Below are positions 30,131 through 39,645 of a stretch of DNA of 64,000 nucleotides, one piece after another. The notes below the pieces were generated by a model, which worked only from the letters and a program-made list of their open reading frames with translations, did not search any database and was not told where the DNA came from. Every line of letters starts with the position of its first letter. Positions within the stretch are counted from its first letter, which is position 1. The position numbers were made by a program, and so were the translations under genes. The DNA is from Promethearchaeota archaeon (GTDB lineage: Archaea > Asgardarchaeota > Lokiarchaeia > Sigyniarchaeales > SOKP01). The stretch is taken from positions 1 through 64,000 of the forward strand of contig JBHLON010000008.1 in the NCBI GenBank assembly GCA_048940445.1, given 5' to 3'.

Positions 30131-31112
30131 TAAATTCCTCTTCATCATCAATTTCTTCTAATTCTTTTACCTTGATAATTGGGATCTTTTCCTTCATTAA
30201 ATCGTCAGATATTTTGATGTTATCGTTAATGATGAAAAGGGCATTTTTATGAAATAATTTTGTGAATGTACGGAGGCATTCAACAATAGATTCATTAATT
30301 TTTCTTTGATCTTCTGTTATGCCTGAAAATATGGGATAAAAATTTGATTTTTGGTTGTCTTTTGAAATTTGTGAGTATAGAGACAATTGAAAGGGGATAG
30401 GTCCTTTTTTATACCAATAAGTACAAATACCAATATCGTTAATAACCTCTTGTATATGAAACTCAAAAGGTGATAGATAACTCTCTTCTATATTTTCTTT
30501 ATTATCTAAATCATATTTGATGGGCCAATCAAAAATATTAATTCTTTTAAAGATATCATTACTTTCTAGTATATCGGATATTTTTTCAGCAATTTTTTCA
30601 GAAGGACGTAAGCTTTCATTCTCATAGGAATATATTGTCCTCTTAGCTATTCCCAGCTTCTCAGATAATTCTTTTCGACTGATAGAATGTTGTTCTCTAA
30701 ATTCTTTCATCAGAGATCCATTTAGAAAAACCACCCCTCCACCACGTTTAGCCAAAATATACGGATATCTATTCCTGTTTAAAATATTTTCCAATGTATT
30801 TGAGGTTATAAAAGGTAATCCTTCTCTAATGTAAATAGTATTATCTTCTAATTTTTGGTATCTATTTCTAACACCAATCAGTAATGGTTTAGACTTCAAC
30901 AATAGAGAGAGAGATTTTATATCATTAATAATTTCTGAGCTAATATTATCAATATTTGAAATCAATTTTACACTAAAAATTGAAGATTCTTTTTTTACTA
31001 ATATATCAAAGCAGAATTTGCTTTTTTTGTTAGAATACTCATCTAAAAATAAAGTTTCAAAATCAGCTTTTTTTAATATTTCATTTATTTTGCTCAGAAG
31101 TGTTTCAGTCAT
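30108..31112 (-). CDS. Archaeal HTH transcriptional regulator (COG1395-like)
   Basis: CFDILVK, LEDNTIYIREG, AKRGG, XRE HTH ISRKELSEKLGIAKRTIYSYE. Confidence 0.85.
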   Translation of the reverse strand: MTETLLSKINEILKKADFETLFLDEYSNKKSKFCFDILVKKESSIFSVKLISNIDNISSEIINDIKSLSLLLKSKPLLIGVRNRYQKLEDNTIYIREGLPFITSNTLENILNRNRYPYILAKRGGGVVFLNGSLMKEFREQHSISRKELSEKLGIAKRTIYSYENESLRPSEKIAEKISDILESNDIFKRINIFDWPIKYDLDNKENIEESYLSPFEFHIQEVINDIGICTYWYKKGPIPFQLSLYSQISKDNQKSNFYPIFSGITEDQRKINESIVECLRTFTKLFHKNALFIINDNIKISDDLMKEKIPIIKVKELEEIDDEEEFIEVIQEL

Positions 31113-31224
31113 TAAATCCCATTATTAAAAAATTTAGCGGCTATAAAAATCTTTATTATTATTATGTATTTGATATTAATTAATTTGATTATATAACTAA
31201 AATTTATATATAATTTTATAATTT

Positions 31225-31770
31225 TTATTTGGTTATAAGTTTAAGAACGTCAGAATCTGTAATTATTCCAACATATATATCATTTTTTTTTACAAGGATA
31301 GCAGGATAATTACTTAATAAATTTGAAATATCCTTTGCATTCCAATCAACTTCAACTTCTGGAAAAGGTAGTTCTTTTAGAAGAGAGATATCCATATTTA
31401 AGATTTCTGGTTTATCTGTGATCTCTTTTTGTATCTTTTTAGAGGTTATACTGCCAAGATTTTGCCCATTCTCTATTATTGGGAGTTGTGAAATGCTATT
31501 TTCGTACATTAATTCTATAGCTTCTTTAATTGATGATCTAGGTCTTATTGATATTATTTTCTTTGTCATAATATCCTTCGCAATCATTTCAGCTTGGGAC
31601 TTTTTCATAGTTTCCCTCTCTAAAAATTCATAAATGACTTTGAATTTCGAATAGGGAGGATCCATGCTCCCATTTTCTATTCTCGAAATTGTGGACTGGG
31701 GAATTCTTAATTTTTCTCCCAGTTCTTTTTGGCTAATATTTAGACTTTTTCTTAAATACTTAATAGTCAT
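31225..31770 (-). CDS. XRE-HTH + tandem CBS regulator (COG3620-like)
   Basis: ISQKELGEKLRIPQSTISRIENG..DP, then a CBS pair (ISQLPII, GIITDSD). Confidence 0.9.
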   Translation of the reverse strand: MTIKYLRKSLNISQKELGEKLRIPQSTISRIENGSMDPPYSKFKVIYEFLERETMKKSQAEMIAKDIMTKKIISIRPRSSIKEAIELMYENSISQLPIIENGQNLGSITSKKIQKEITDKPEILNMDISLLKELPFPEVEVDWNAKDISNLLSNYPAILVKKNDIYVGIITDSDVLKLITK

Positions 31771-31941
31771 ATAATCTGGTAAAATTGTTCTCTACCTAAT
31801 GCATAAAGTTTTTTTACTATAATTTTAAAGCATAATAAATGCTTGAGATGCATTTTTTTTTTAATAATTATTATATTTGATTATGAATTTAAATTTATAC
31901 TATATTAATTGTTAAAGTAAATTTTAATTTGGTTATGTAAT

Positions 31942-33189
31942 ATGTTGAAAGTTAATCAGCTTGATCTTAAATTTGCTGTTGAATATTCTGAATTTCCGGA
32001 GATTTGCGAAAGAAAAGGAGTTGGACATCCAGATAGTGTATGTGATGCGATTGCAGATGCTTGTTCGAGGGCATTATGCTTATATTACTTAGATAAATTT
32101 GATCGTGTTTATCATCATAATGTTGATAAAGCAGCCTTGGTTGGTGGTGTAGCTAAACCAGAATTCAATGGAGGCCAAATGATTCAACCACAATATTTTT
32201 TAATTGTGGGAAGGGCTATAAATCAAATTCTTACCGAATGTGGTCCAAATCAAAATAGGTTAGATTATATTCCAGTTGCTCCAATTTGTCTTGATACGTC
32301 GCGTAAAATTATGGGTGAAATTTTTAGAAACCTTAATTTGGATAAACATATTCAATTTGACTATGCGGTAAGACCTGGTTCAGTCGATTTAACTGGTGTT
32401 TTTGATGAATCTCATCATTCTGAAGAAGTTCCTCTTGCAAATGATACAAGTTTTGGGGTGGGTTATGCACCATATTCAGATGCAGAAAGAGTAACTCTTG
32501 AAACAGAAAAATTGATCAATTCAGATAAATTTAAAGATAAATGTAGAGCATCTGGAGAAGATATAAAAGTTATGACAGAGAGGGTTGGTAATAAAGTGGG
32601 GATTACGGTAGCTGCTGCTATGGTAAGTAAATATATCGATGATATTGATGATTATATTAATAATGTTAATCAAATTAAAGATGCTGTACTAGATCTAGCG
32701 ACTAAAGTTATTCCAGAGAGAGAAGTATCGTGTCAAATAAATGTTGCTGATATAATAGAGAAAAATTTAATCTATCTTACAATAACTGGAACATCAGCAG
32801 AATCAGGAGATGATGGGGAAGTGGGAAGAGGAAATCGTTCAAATGGATTAATTACTCCATGTAGGCCAATGAGTCTAGAGGCGGTATGCGGTAAAAATCC
32901 AATAAATCACGTTGGAAAAATATATAACGTTGCAGCGACAAATATCGCTCGAGAGATTTACAAGAGGGGTGAGGGTGATATTATTGAATGCCATGTTAAA
33001 CTTTTATCTCAAATAGGACGACCAATCACAGATCCTTGGGTAAACTCTATAACATTAATTCCTGCAAATAATGTGAACTTTTCAAGTATCGAAAAAATAG
33101 CAAAAGAAGTATCTGAAGAATTTCTATCAAAAGATTCACTGATTAAATTAAGAAAAAGATTGATTGCTGGCGAAGAACAAGTCTTTTAA
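31942..33189 (+). CDS. mat: S-adenosylmethionine synthetase (archaeal type)
   Basis: [53 protein letters not shown]. Confidence 0.96.
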   Translation: MLKVNQLDLKFAVEYSEFPEICERKGVGHPDSVCDAIADACSRALCLYYLDKFDRVYHHNVDKAALVGGVAKPEFNGGQMIQPQYFLIVGRAINQILTECGPNQNRLDYIPVAPICLDTSRKIMGEIFRNLNLDKHIQFDYAVRPGSVDLTGVFDESHHSEEVPLANDTSFGVGYAPYSDAERVTLETEKLINSDKFKDKCRASGEDIKVMTERVGNKVGITVAAAMVSKYIDDIDDYINNVNQIKDAVLDLATKVIPEREVSCQINVADIIEKNLIYLTITGTSAESGDDGEVGRGNRSNGLITPCRPMSLEAVCGKNPINHVGKIYNVAATNIAREIYKRGEGDIIECHVKLLSQIGRPITDPWVNSITLIPANNVNFSSIEKIAKEVSEEFLSKDSLIKLRKRLIAGEEQVF

Positions 33190-33261
33190 AATACTTCGGA
33201 ATTAAATTTAATTATTTATTCTTTTTATTTAATATAAAAATTAGAAAATTGTGAAAGTTAT

Positions 33262-33540
33262 TTGAGCTTGGAAAGATGGCTAAAACCGGGAAAAAAAGGT
33301 GATAAAAGTGAAGAGAAACAGAACAAGCCCGAAGAAAAAAGTGAAAAGGATGAAAGGAATACTAATGCAACATTGAAACAAAAACACGAGTTTGAAAAGC
33401 CAGTAGCTGTAAGAATAATTAAATTTAAGCTAGAATGTCCTAAAAGCACATGCAAATATAAAAAAACAATCATTAAAAAAAATTTAGAAGACAAGGATAA
33501 GATTTGTCCTAGATGTAAAAGTAAAATGAACGTTAAATAA
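33262..33540 (+). CDS. Small zinc-ribbon protein
   Basis: N-terminal SLERWL, charged linker, CPKSTC...CPRC. Confidence 0.7.
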   Translation: MSLERWLKPGKKGDKSEEKQNKPEEKSEKDERNTNATLKQKHEFEKPVAVRIIKFKLECPKSTCKYKKTIIKKNLEDKDKICPRCKSKMNVK

Positions 33541-33548
33541 AGCATTTG

Positions 33549-33770
33549 TTAAGCTTCTATTGGTTCAAGAGTTACAAGATCAAAACGAGTCTCACAATTA
33601 GGGCAGCGATCTTTTTTTTTTAAATATTTTAATAGAAGATAAACGAAAAATCCCAGTCCACAGGTAAGAATAACCATAAAGAATAAAAGTTCATGATATA
33701 AACGATTAAAATTTTTCCTTCTTAATTGCACTTCACGTTCACATATTGGGCAATATACTTTTCTACTCGT
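33549..33770 (-). CDS. LITAF-like membrane-inserted zinc ribbon protein
   Basis: Frame extends upstream of the ORF-track start: TSRKVYCPICERE...hydrophobic segment...DRCPNC; needs a non-standard start (ACG at 33770). Confidence 0.7.
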   Translation of the reverse strand, partial: TSRKVYCPICEREVQLRRKNFNRLYHELLFFMVILTCGLGFFVYLLLKYLKKKDRCPNCETRFDLVTLEPIEA

Positions 33771-33910
33771 TTAAACTCACTTCTTTATACTCTTTTAAAT
33801 TTATAAATAAATAAAATGATTAGTGATTAATTTAACTTTTGAATATGACGGTTTTTACTGTAAAAAAATAAGTCAGTGTTTAATACATAATCAAGGAGTG
33901 TTTCTGATTT

Positions 33911-34036
33911 TCAATTTTCTTTTTTCTTTTTTGTTAAATCGGTTAATATATTCCATGTACTTTTTACGCCTAAGGTCTTCAATTTTTCTCTTTCTTCTTC
34001 TAAATCTTCTTGATTATTATTTTCTGCTTCGTTCAT
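33911..34036 (-). CDS. Small charged helical peptide (41 aa), not in ORF track
   Basis: MNEAENNNQEDLEEEKRKIEDLRRKKYMEYINRFNKKEKEN; purine-rich coding-strand bias like neighbouring genes. Confidence 0.45.
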   Translation of the reverse strand: MNEAENNNQEDLEEEREKLKTLGVKSTWNILTDLTKKKKEN

Positions 34037-34212
34037 TGCTCCAGACCAATACCTATCCTATTTTATATATTTATATGATGATTAGAATATCTTATCTATA
34101 TATATAGATAATATAACCTTGATTTAAATTTAGACTTAATATTATTAATATTGAATTTTATATCAATAATAATACCTTAAATAAAAATAAATTAAATAGC
34201 GGTAATTGATTC

Positions 34213-35181
34213 ATGCCAATATGTTATCATTGTGGACGAGAAACAAACGAATTATATCATTGTAGTAAATGTAATCAAAATTATTGTATATTCCATAAAT
34301 TACCTGTTGATCATGAATGTGATTTTTTAATAGCAAACATACAATCTTATCAAGCACCTTCAATATCTACTCAATATGTAACGACTCCACAATCTCAAGA
34401 TTTTATCTCTTCAGAGTCCCCAATAAGAGGTACAACAGATGGTACATATACATGGTATCGTCAAGAAAAGTCTATTCCTGATAATGCATTTGATGCTAAT
34501 TCAGGAATTGAATTTAAAGGTATTTTATTAGCACACAAGTCAGAGTTTTTACATTTCTTGATTGGGATTGCCCTTATATTCCTTATAGGATTTATTTCAT
34601 TTTTCGAACTTATTTATATGAATTATACTTGGGCTTTATTTATGTTAGCTACGTTTTATATGACGACTTTCCTTTTTCATGAATTAGGGCACCGTCAAGT
34701 AGCGATCCATTTCGGACTTCAAACTAAATTTAGATTACTCACATTTGGAATGCTAATAACTAGTTTTAGTATCATTATTGGATTGTACGGATTATTTACA
34801 TCCTCACCAGGATTACCCATGCTTGCTTTACCTGGAGCAGTTGTGGTTCTAGGTTTAGACAAAGTAAGCAGAAAAACAGGGTTATGCAAAGCAGCCGGTC
34901 CCTTTATCAATTTGATTTATGGGGGCATACTTCTTGTTCTGTCTTTTCTTATTCCAAAAGGATTATATCCTATAAATACTTTTATCGGATATGCGGCATA
35001 TTTCAACTTTATGTTAGGAAGTTTTAACATGTTACCATTTGGAATCTTAGATGGTCAAAATATTTGGAAATGGAATAAAAAGATTTATATTCTCCTAATA
35101 ATGCCACTCCTCATACTCTTAATAATTACACTTTGGAGTATTTTTGCTCCATATGATGTTAATCCATATATACAGCGATAA
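34213..35181 (+). CDS. AN1-type zinc finger + site-2 protease (M50)
   Basis: CYHC...CSKC...YCIFHKLP..HEC; HELGH; AGP..N; FNMLPFGILDG. Confidence 0.9.
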   Translation: MPICYHCGRETNELYHCSKCNQNYCIFHKLPVDHECDFLIANIQSYQAPSISTQYVTTPQSQDFISSESPIRGTTDGTYTWYRQEKSIPDNAFDANSGIEFKGILLAHKSEFLHFLIGIALIFLIGFISFFELIYMNYTWALFMLATFYMTTFLFHELGHRQVAIHFGLQTKFRLLTFGMLITSFSIIIGLYGLFTSSPGLPMLALPGAVVVLGLDKVSRKTGLCKAAGPFINLIYGGILLVLSFLIPKGLYPINTFIGYAAYFNFMLGSFNMLPFGILDGQNIWKWNKKIYILLIMPLLILLIITLWSIFAPYDVNPYIQR

Positions 35182-35284
35182 TTAAATGGAAATATTAAAA
35201 AACAATCAAAAGAATTATGAAGTAAAAAGTTTTTTATTAAGTATAATATGTGTAATTTTTTTTCAAATTAATAAGTGAGTGGAA

Positions 35285-36214
35285 TTGGCTTTCTGTGAAT
35301 ACTGCGGAGAAAAAATTGGCTATTTACCATTTAAATGTAAATACTGTGGAGGAATATTCTGTAAGAAGCATAGATTACCTGAAAATCATCAGTGTTCTTT
35401 TGAGCTTAAGCACGTTCCTTTAGTTCCTGTAGATGCCAAAGAGATTCCTATGTATAACACCAAAGAAGCTAAAGTAACTGTACAAGAAGACTCATTTAAA
35501 GCTCCAAAAGCATTGAAAAAGTATTTAAAACGCCAAGAAAGAGAAGTTAAATTAATAAGAAAACGCACTCACCCCTCTATTTGGGGACGATCTCACATTA
35601 AAGGCACATGGATTCTAATGGTGTTGATTTTAGGATTTTCGATTACAGGTTTTATTCTTTTATCTTATGGTATTGGTAGTTATATTTACTTTGATTTACA
35701 TATCCTAATCTATGATTATCTATTCCAAACTATTCTTACTAGCCTGTTTATATACCCAGTTTTCGGTGCTTTTGGATTTATTTTCTTCATTATGATGATA
35801 TTTTTCTTATTTTTTATCTCTCGAAGTATTGAATTAGGTTTTGGAACATCCTTTTTAATTAAACTTTTTTTACTTAGCTCTGCAACCTCTCTGTTAATTT
35901 TTATATTACTGAGATTAGTTTTTATCGGTTTATTCCCATTAGAATCGACAGTTATTTATTCTGGTTTTGCTTGGGGAGGAATTTATGGATTATTTTCATA
36001 TATGATATTCCCGAATGCAAATAGGGAAATCACTGCATTTCTTTACTTTTTCCCCATTAGATTGAAAGGAAGAACATTTCTCATAATAATAGTCTTAATT
36101 AACTTATTACCAGTAATATTTTATGGATCTATAGCTCTTTTAATTTATATTCCAGCACTTGGAGGAATATTGTTTTCATATTTAGTTTATAAGTTTAATT
36201 GGAATTTATCTTAA
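35285..36214 (+). CDS. AN1-type zinc finger + rhomboid-superfamily membrane domain (probable pseudoprotease)
   Basis: CEYC...CKYC..FCKKHRLPENHQC; about 6 TM; GFAWGG in place of GxSG and PALGG in place of AHLGG. Confidence 0.75.
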   Translation: MAFCEYCGEKIGYLPFKCKYCGGIFCKKHRLPENHQCSFELKHVPLVPVDAKEIPMYNTKEAKVTVQEDSFKAPKALKKYLKRQEREVKLIRKRTHPSIWGRSHIKGTWILMVLILGFSITGFILLSYGIGSYIYFDLHILIYDYLFQTILTSLFIYPVFGAFGFIFFIMMIFFLFFISRSIELGFGTSFLIKLFLLSSATSLLIFILLRLVFIGLFPLESTVIYSGFAWGGIYGLFSYMIFPNANREITAFLYFFPIRLKGRTFLIIIVLINLLPVIFYGSIALLIYIPALGGILFSYLVYKFNWNLS

Positions 36215-36288
36215 GAGTTTGAATTTCAAAAAAAATTATATCAATGATCTTTAATTAGTTCTTTTAACCTTATAAATAGTTGGATTTT

Positions 36289-36948
36289 ATGCCAAAGGAA
36301 GAAATTTCAAAAATTATTGAATTAAATGAAGATTTAATAAAGAATAATGATGAATTAGCTCTCCAAAACTCAGAACATTTCAAAAAGTATAAAATTCGCT
36401 GTTTTGAAATCGTTGGAGCAATTGGAGCAGGTAAAACAGCCTTAATTGAAGCATTAGTCAAAAAATTATCTAATGAACTACAGATTCTTGTGATTAATGG
36501 TGACGTTACGACACGAGTGGATGCGAATCGGATTGAAAAGCACGGAGTTAAAACAATTCAAATTAATACTGGTACTGAATGTGCGTTAAATTCCTATCAT
36601 ATCTCTCAAGTAGTTAAAAATTATGATATGAGTAAATACAATGTAATTTTTATCGAAAATGTTGGAAATCTAATTTGCCCCTCTGATTTTATTTTAGGAG
36701 CTGAAAAAAGGATATGCGTAGTATCTATTACTGAAGGTGAATGGGTCATAGAGAAACATCCTATGCTTTTTAAGATGTCTGATTTAGCTGTAATTAATAA
36801 AATCGATTTATTAGATGTTATGGTTGTCAATGTTGATAAGATGATAGATGATGCTAAGGGGATTAATCCTCACGTTAAAATAATAAAATCTAGTGCAGTA
36901 ACAGGAGAGGGCATACCAGAGTTGATAGAAACGCTGTTTCAAAAGTAG
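36289..36948 (+). CDS. hypB: Hydrogenase nickel incorporation GTPase HypB
   Basis: GAIGAGKT, QINTG.EC, IENVGNLICP, NKID, SAVTGEG. Confidence 0.93.
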   Translation: MPKEEISKIIELNEDLIKNNDELALQNSEHFKKYKIRCFEIVGAIGAGKTALIEALVKKLSNELQILVINGDVTTRVDANRIEKHGVKTIQINTGTECALNSYHISQVVKNYDMSKYNVIFIENVGNLICPSDFILGAEKRICVVSITEGEWVIEKHPMLFKMSDLAVINKIDLLDVMVVNVDKMIDDAKGINPHVKIIKSSAVTGEGIPELIETLFQK

Positions 36949-37019
36949 TATATTTTTAAATTAAGAATAAATGTAAGAAAACATATTAATAATAATAATA
37001 CTAAAAATATTGAACCATA

Positions 37020-37448
37020 ATGTCCTTAAGACAGTATAATACAGAATTACAATCATTAATAGATAAAATTGTAAAGGTATATTTAGATAAAGATAAATTC
37101 TTCGTAGGATTATTGAAAGGAGTCAGTGAAGATTCTAATATAATTCTTGAAAATGCAAAAAATGAGAAAAATAAAGACTTTCCTAAAGTCTTAATAAGAA
37201 GTACTTACTACTTTTTTATCACTGTTGAAGAAGAGCCCTTTCCTATGCAGGCTTTAGCAGATCGTATTGCTACTATCTTCTCAAAAGGTCATGTGAATTA
37301 CATTGGAGATCAAAATATAATTTCAATTTTAAATGGTAAAATTATTGTTGATGAAAATGGTGTGAGGGGTTCAGGTCCATCTGCAGAACGAGTAAAAAAG
37401 ATATATGAACAATTTATATTAGATATTGAAAATCCTTCAAAGGAATAA
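37020..37448 (+). CDS. Sm-like archaeal protein with C-terminal domain (SmAP3-like)
   Basis: Sm1/Sm2 pattern V.VYL....F.GLL.G...D.NIILENA...VLIR; C-terminal domain ending GV.GSGP.AERV. Confidence 0.85.
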   Translation: MSLRQYNTELQSLIDKIVKVYLDKDKFFVGLLKGVSEDSNIILENAKNEKNKDFPKVLIRSTYYFFITVEEEPFPMQALADRIATIFSKGHVNYIGDQNIISILNGKIIVDENGVRGSGPSAERVKKIYEQFILDIENPSKE

Positions 37449-37472
37449 TTTTTTTTAATATTTTAAATTTAA

Positions 37473-37952
37473 TTACTTCGAAAAAAGATCTAATAGATTT
37501 TTTAAATTTAAGGTTTGAATTATATTTTTCATTAACGCTTTCCCTTGAGGTGTCACTAATAAAACATTTGAATCTTCTGTTTTTCTTAAATAATCCTCTT
37601 TAATTAAAAATTCAATGTCGGATTCCCACACTTCGGAAAAGATCTCTTTTATATCTTCAATATTCAAATTATCATCAATTTCTTTACTTATAGCAAGAAT
37701 TAATGCCAAAGTGCCATATTGAGAAGCTGAAATTTTATCATCCTTTCCTTCAGCGGTTAGAATATAGAATGTTTCATTAAGAAATTTCGATTTAACAAAT
37801 TCAAAACCAATATTTTTTAGCTTGAGATAGATTTCACCAATGACTTTATCAAAATCATATTCCTTGCACAAATTCTTGAGATCTTCTTCCCTAATCATAT
37901 TTTGAGGTTGTGTTAAGATCGTTTTTGTCAATAATTTAACAAGTTCTTCCAT
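37473..37952 (-). CDS. Tandem winged-helix KITE-like protein (Nse1/Nse3-MAGE/ScpB-like)
   Basis: FDKVIGEIYLKLKNIGFEFV...FYILT; GTLALIL; IEFLIKEDYLRK....LLVTPQG; directly downstream of the SMC-like gene. Confidence 0.6.
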   Translation of the reverse strand: MEELVKLLTKTILTQPQNMIREEDLKNLCKEYDFDKVIGEIYLKLKNIGFEFVKSKFLNETFYILTAEGKDDKISASQYGTLALILAISKEIDDNLNIEDIKEIFSEVWESDIEFLIKEDYLRKTEDSNVLLVTPQGKALMKNIIQTLNLKNLLDLFSK

Positions 37953-37962
37953 GATAATTACT

Positions 37963-39645
37963 TCAATTTTCTTTAATTTCAAATATTTTTACATACTCAA
38001 TTTCCTTTTTAATTTCTATATTTGAAAGGATTAGAATTAAATTAAAATTACTTAAAAAATCAATTCTTTTAAATATAGGTATAATTTTTCTGAATGTTCT
38101 TAAAATAGAACCAGTCTTATTATAATCACTTGGAATAAATAAGTTTGAAAAGATAATATATTTCTCTTTTAAAACAATACAAATTGATAAATATAAGGTT
38201 ATAATAAAGTACACTCTTTCTGGAGTCGTTAATTCTTTAAATTTATATTCAACATTATCATTTTTCGTAAAAGAAGTACTTATGAAAAATTCAGTAGCAA
38301 GTTCATTAATTGTGATTTTAAAATGACTTGTTAATTTAATCTCTGGTAAAAAATAATTTACTATCCTTTCAATTTCATTTAGTGTCGACTCAAATTTTCT
38401 ATAACTATGAAGGGCTTCCAAGAAAGCCTTCTTATTATTGTTTATAGTTAAAGTACCACCTTTTTTTGAAATAGTATCGGAAATATTTTTTAATTTTTCC
38501 TTCAATGATAATAAGTCTTGATCTTTCTCATCCTCAATTGACATTTTAGACTTTAATATTTCATTTAATTGTGAATCTACTTTCTTTATATCATCATTGA
38601 TTTGTCTTAATGGTCTTAAAATGTTTACATTAACTAAATCTCCGTGCTTTAGATTATCATCATGTTCTATTAATTTATCTTTCAATTCAGATTGTAATTC
38701 TTTAGCTTTCTTATCATCCTGCTCAATATTAAATAAAATTTTTTCGTAATCATTTTTATAAATTTCATATTTCGGATAAATTGCATTTAGCTTTCTGATC
38801 AGATCTTCTTTCTGGGACTTTAATTGCTTAATACTATATGAGAGTTCTTTTGCTTTTAATTGAAGTATACGGATTTTCTCCGAATTTGGAAGATTAACAC
38901 CAATTCCTAAACCTTTTAAAGCTTCTTTATTTCCAGAAACATTTTCAGTTAATCTTGAAATTTGATTAATTTGGGAGAAGTACATCTTCTTTTCAGATTC
39001 TAATTCGTTTATTTTTAAATTATAATCATTAATATTATTCTCTATTTGATCAATTTGATTCTTCTGTATATAATAGTCTTTCTCTAAATATGATGCCTTC
39101 TTCCTATTATCTTCTATAGATTTTCTTATTTTTTTTAATAAATCTGAGAATGCATATAAATCTCGAGAACTTTTATAGGTTTTGGCAATTTCAAATTCAT
39201 TATTTAGGGTTTCCTTTTTTCTCTCTAATGTATTTAACTCTAAATTCAAGAGTAATAATTCCAAAATGTGAATATATTGAGAGACAATTTCAAAATTTTT
39301 GTTTATGACTTTATTTTGGTTATTTAAAATTTTTAAAAGTCTAGAGGTTTTTTCTAATTCATTTTTTTTTTTGATACCATTCAAAGTATTAAGAATTATT
39401 TCAAGTGGAATAATCTCTAAATGATTGCATAATTCTGCAAAATTATTAATTTTGTATTGCTCTATAGAGTCGATTTTAAATTTACCTTTTATTAAAGTGA
39501 ATTTATCTTCTATTTTTATTGCCTTAGAGCCAACATTAATAGCAAAATGATCTTTCTGAATTATAAAATCACTCCAATTTTTAAGTATCTTCAAAATGCT
39601 TCTTAAATTTCTTATATTCTTCTTCTTTCTTATTTTTTCTTTCAC
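37963..39645 (-). CDS. SMC/Rad50-like coiled-coil protein with degenerate ABC-ATPase head
   Basis: Long heptad coiled coil; C-terminal FKELTTPER.YF...LYLSI...YIIFSNL...NLILILSN maps onto signature/Walker B/H-loop positions; no Walker A. Confidence 0.6.
   Translation of the reverse strand: MKEKIRKKKNIRNLRSILKILKNWSDFIIQKDHFAINVGSKAIKIEDKFTLIKGKFKIDSIEQYKINNFAELCNHLEIIPLEIILNTLNGIKKKNELEKTSRLLKILNNQNKVINKNFEIVSQYIHILELLLLNLELNTLERKKETLNNEFEIAKTYKSSRDLYAFSDLLKKIRKSIEDNRKKASYLEKDYYIQKNQIDQIENNINDYNLKINELESEKKMYFSQINQISRLTENVSGNKEALKGLGIGVNLPNSEKIRILQLKAKELSYSIKQLKSQKEDLIRKLNAIYPKYEIYKNDYEKILFNIEQDDKKAKELQSELKDKLIEHDDNLKHGDLVNVNILRPLRQINDDIKKVDSQLNEILKSKMSIEDEKDQDLLSLKEKLKNISDTISKKGGTLTINNNKKAFLEALHSYRKFESTLNEIERIVNYFLPEIKLTSHFKITINELATEFFISTSFTKNDNVEYKFKELTTPERVYFIITLYLSICIVLKEKYIIFSNLFIPSDYNKTGSILRTFRKIIPIFKRIDFLSNFNLILILSNIEIKKEIEYVKIFEIKEN

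Noticed and set aside
33823-34107. 94-aa F/L-rich plus-strand ORF
   Set aside because: Composition mirrors the purine-rich minus-strand peptide at 33911-34036; likely a shadow
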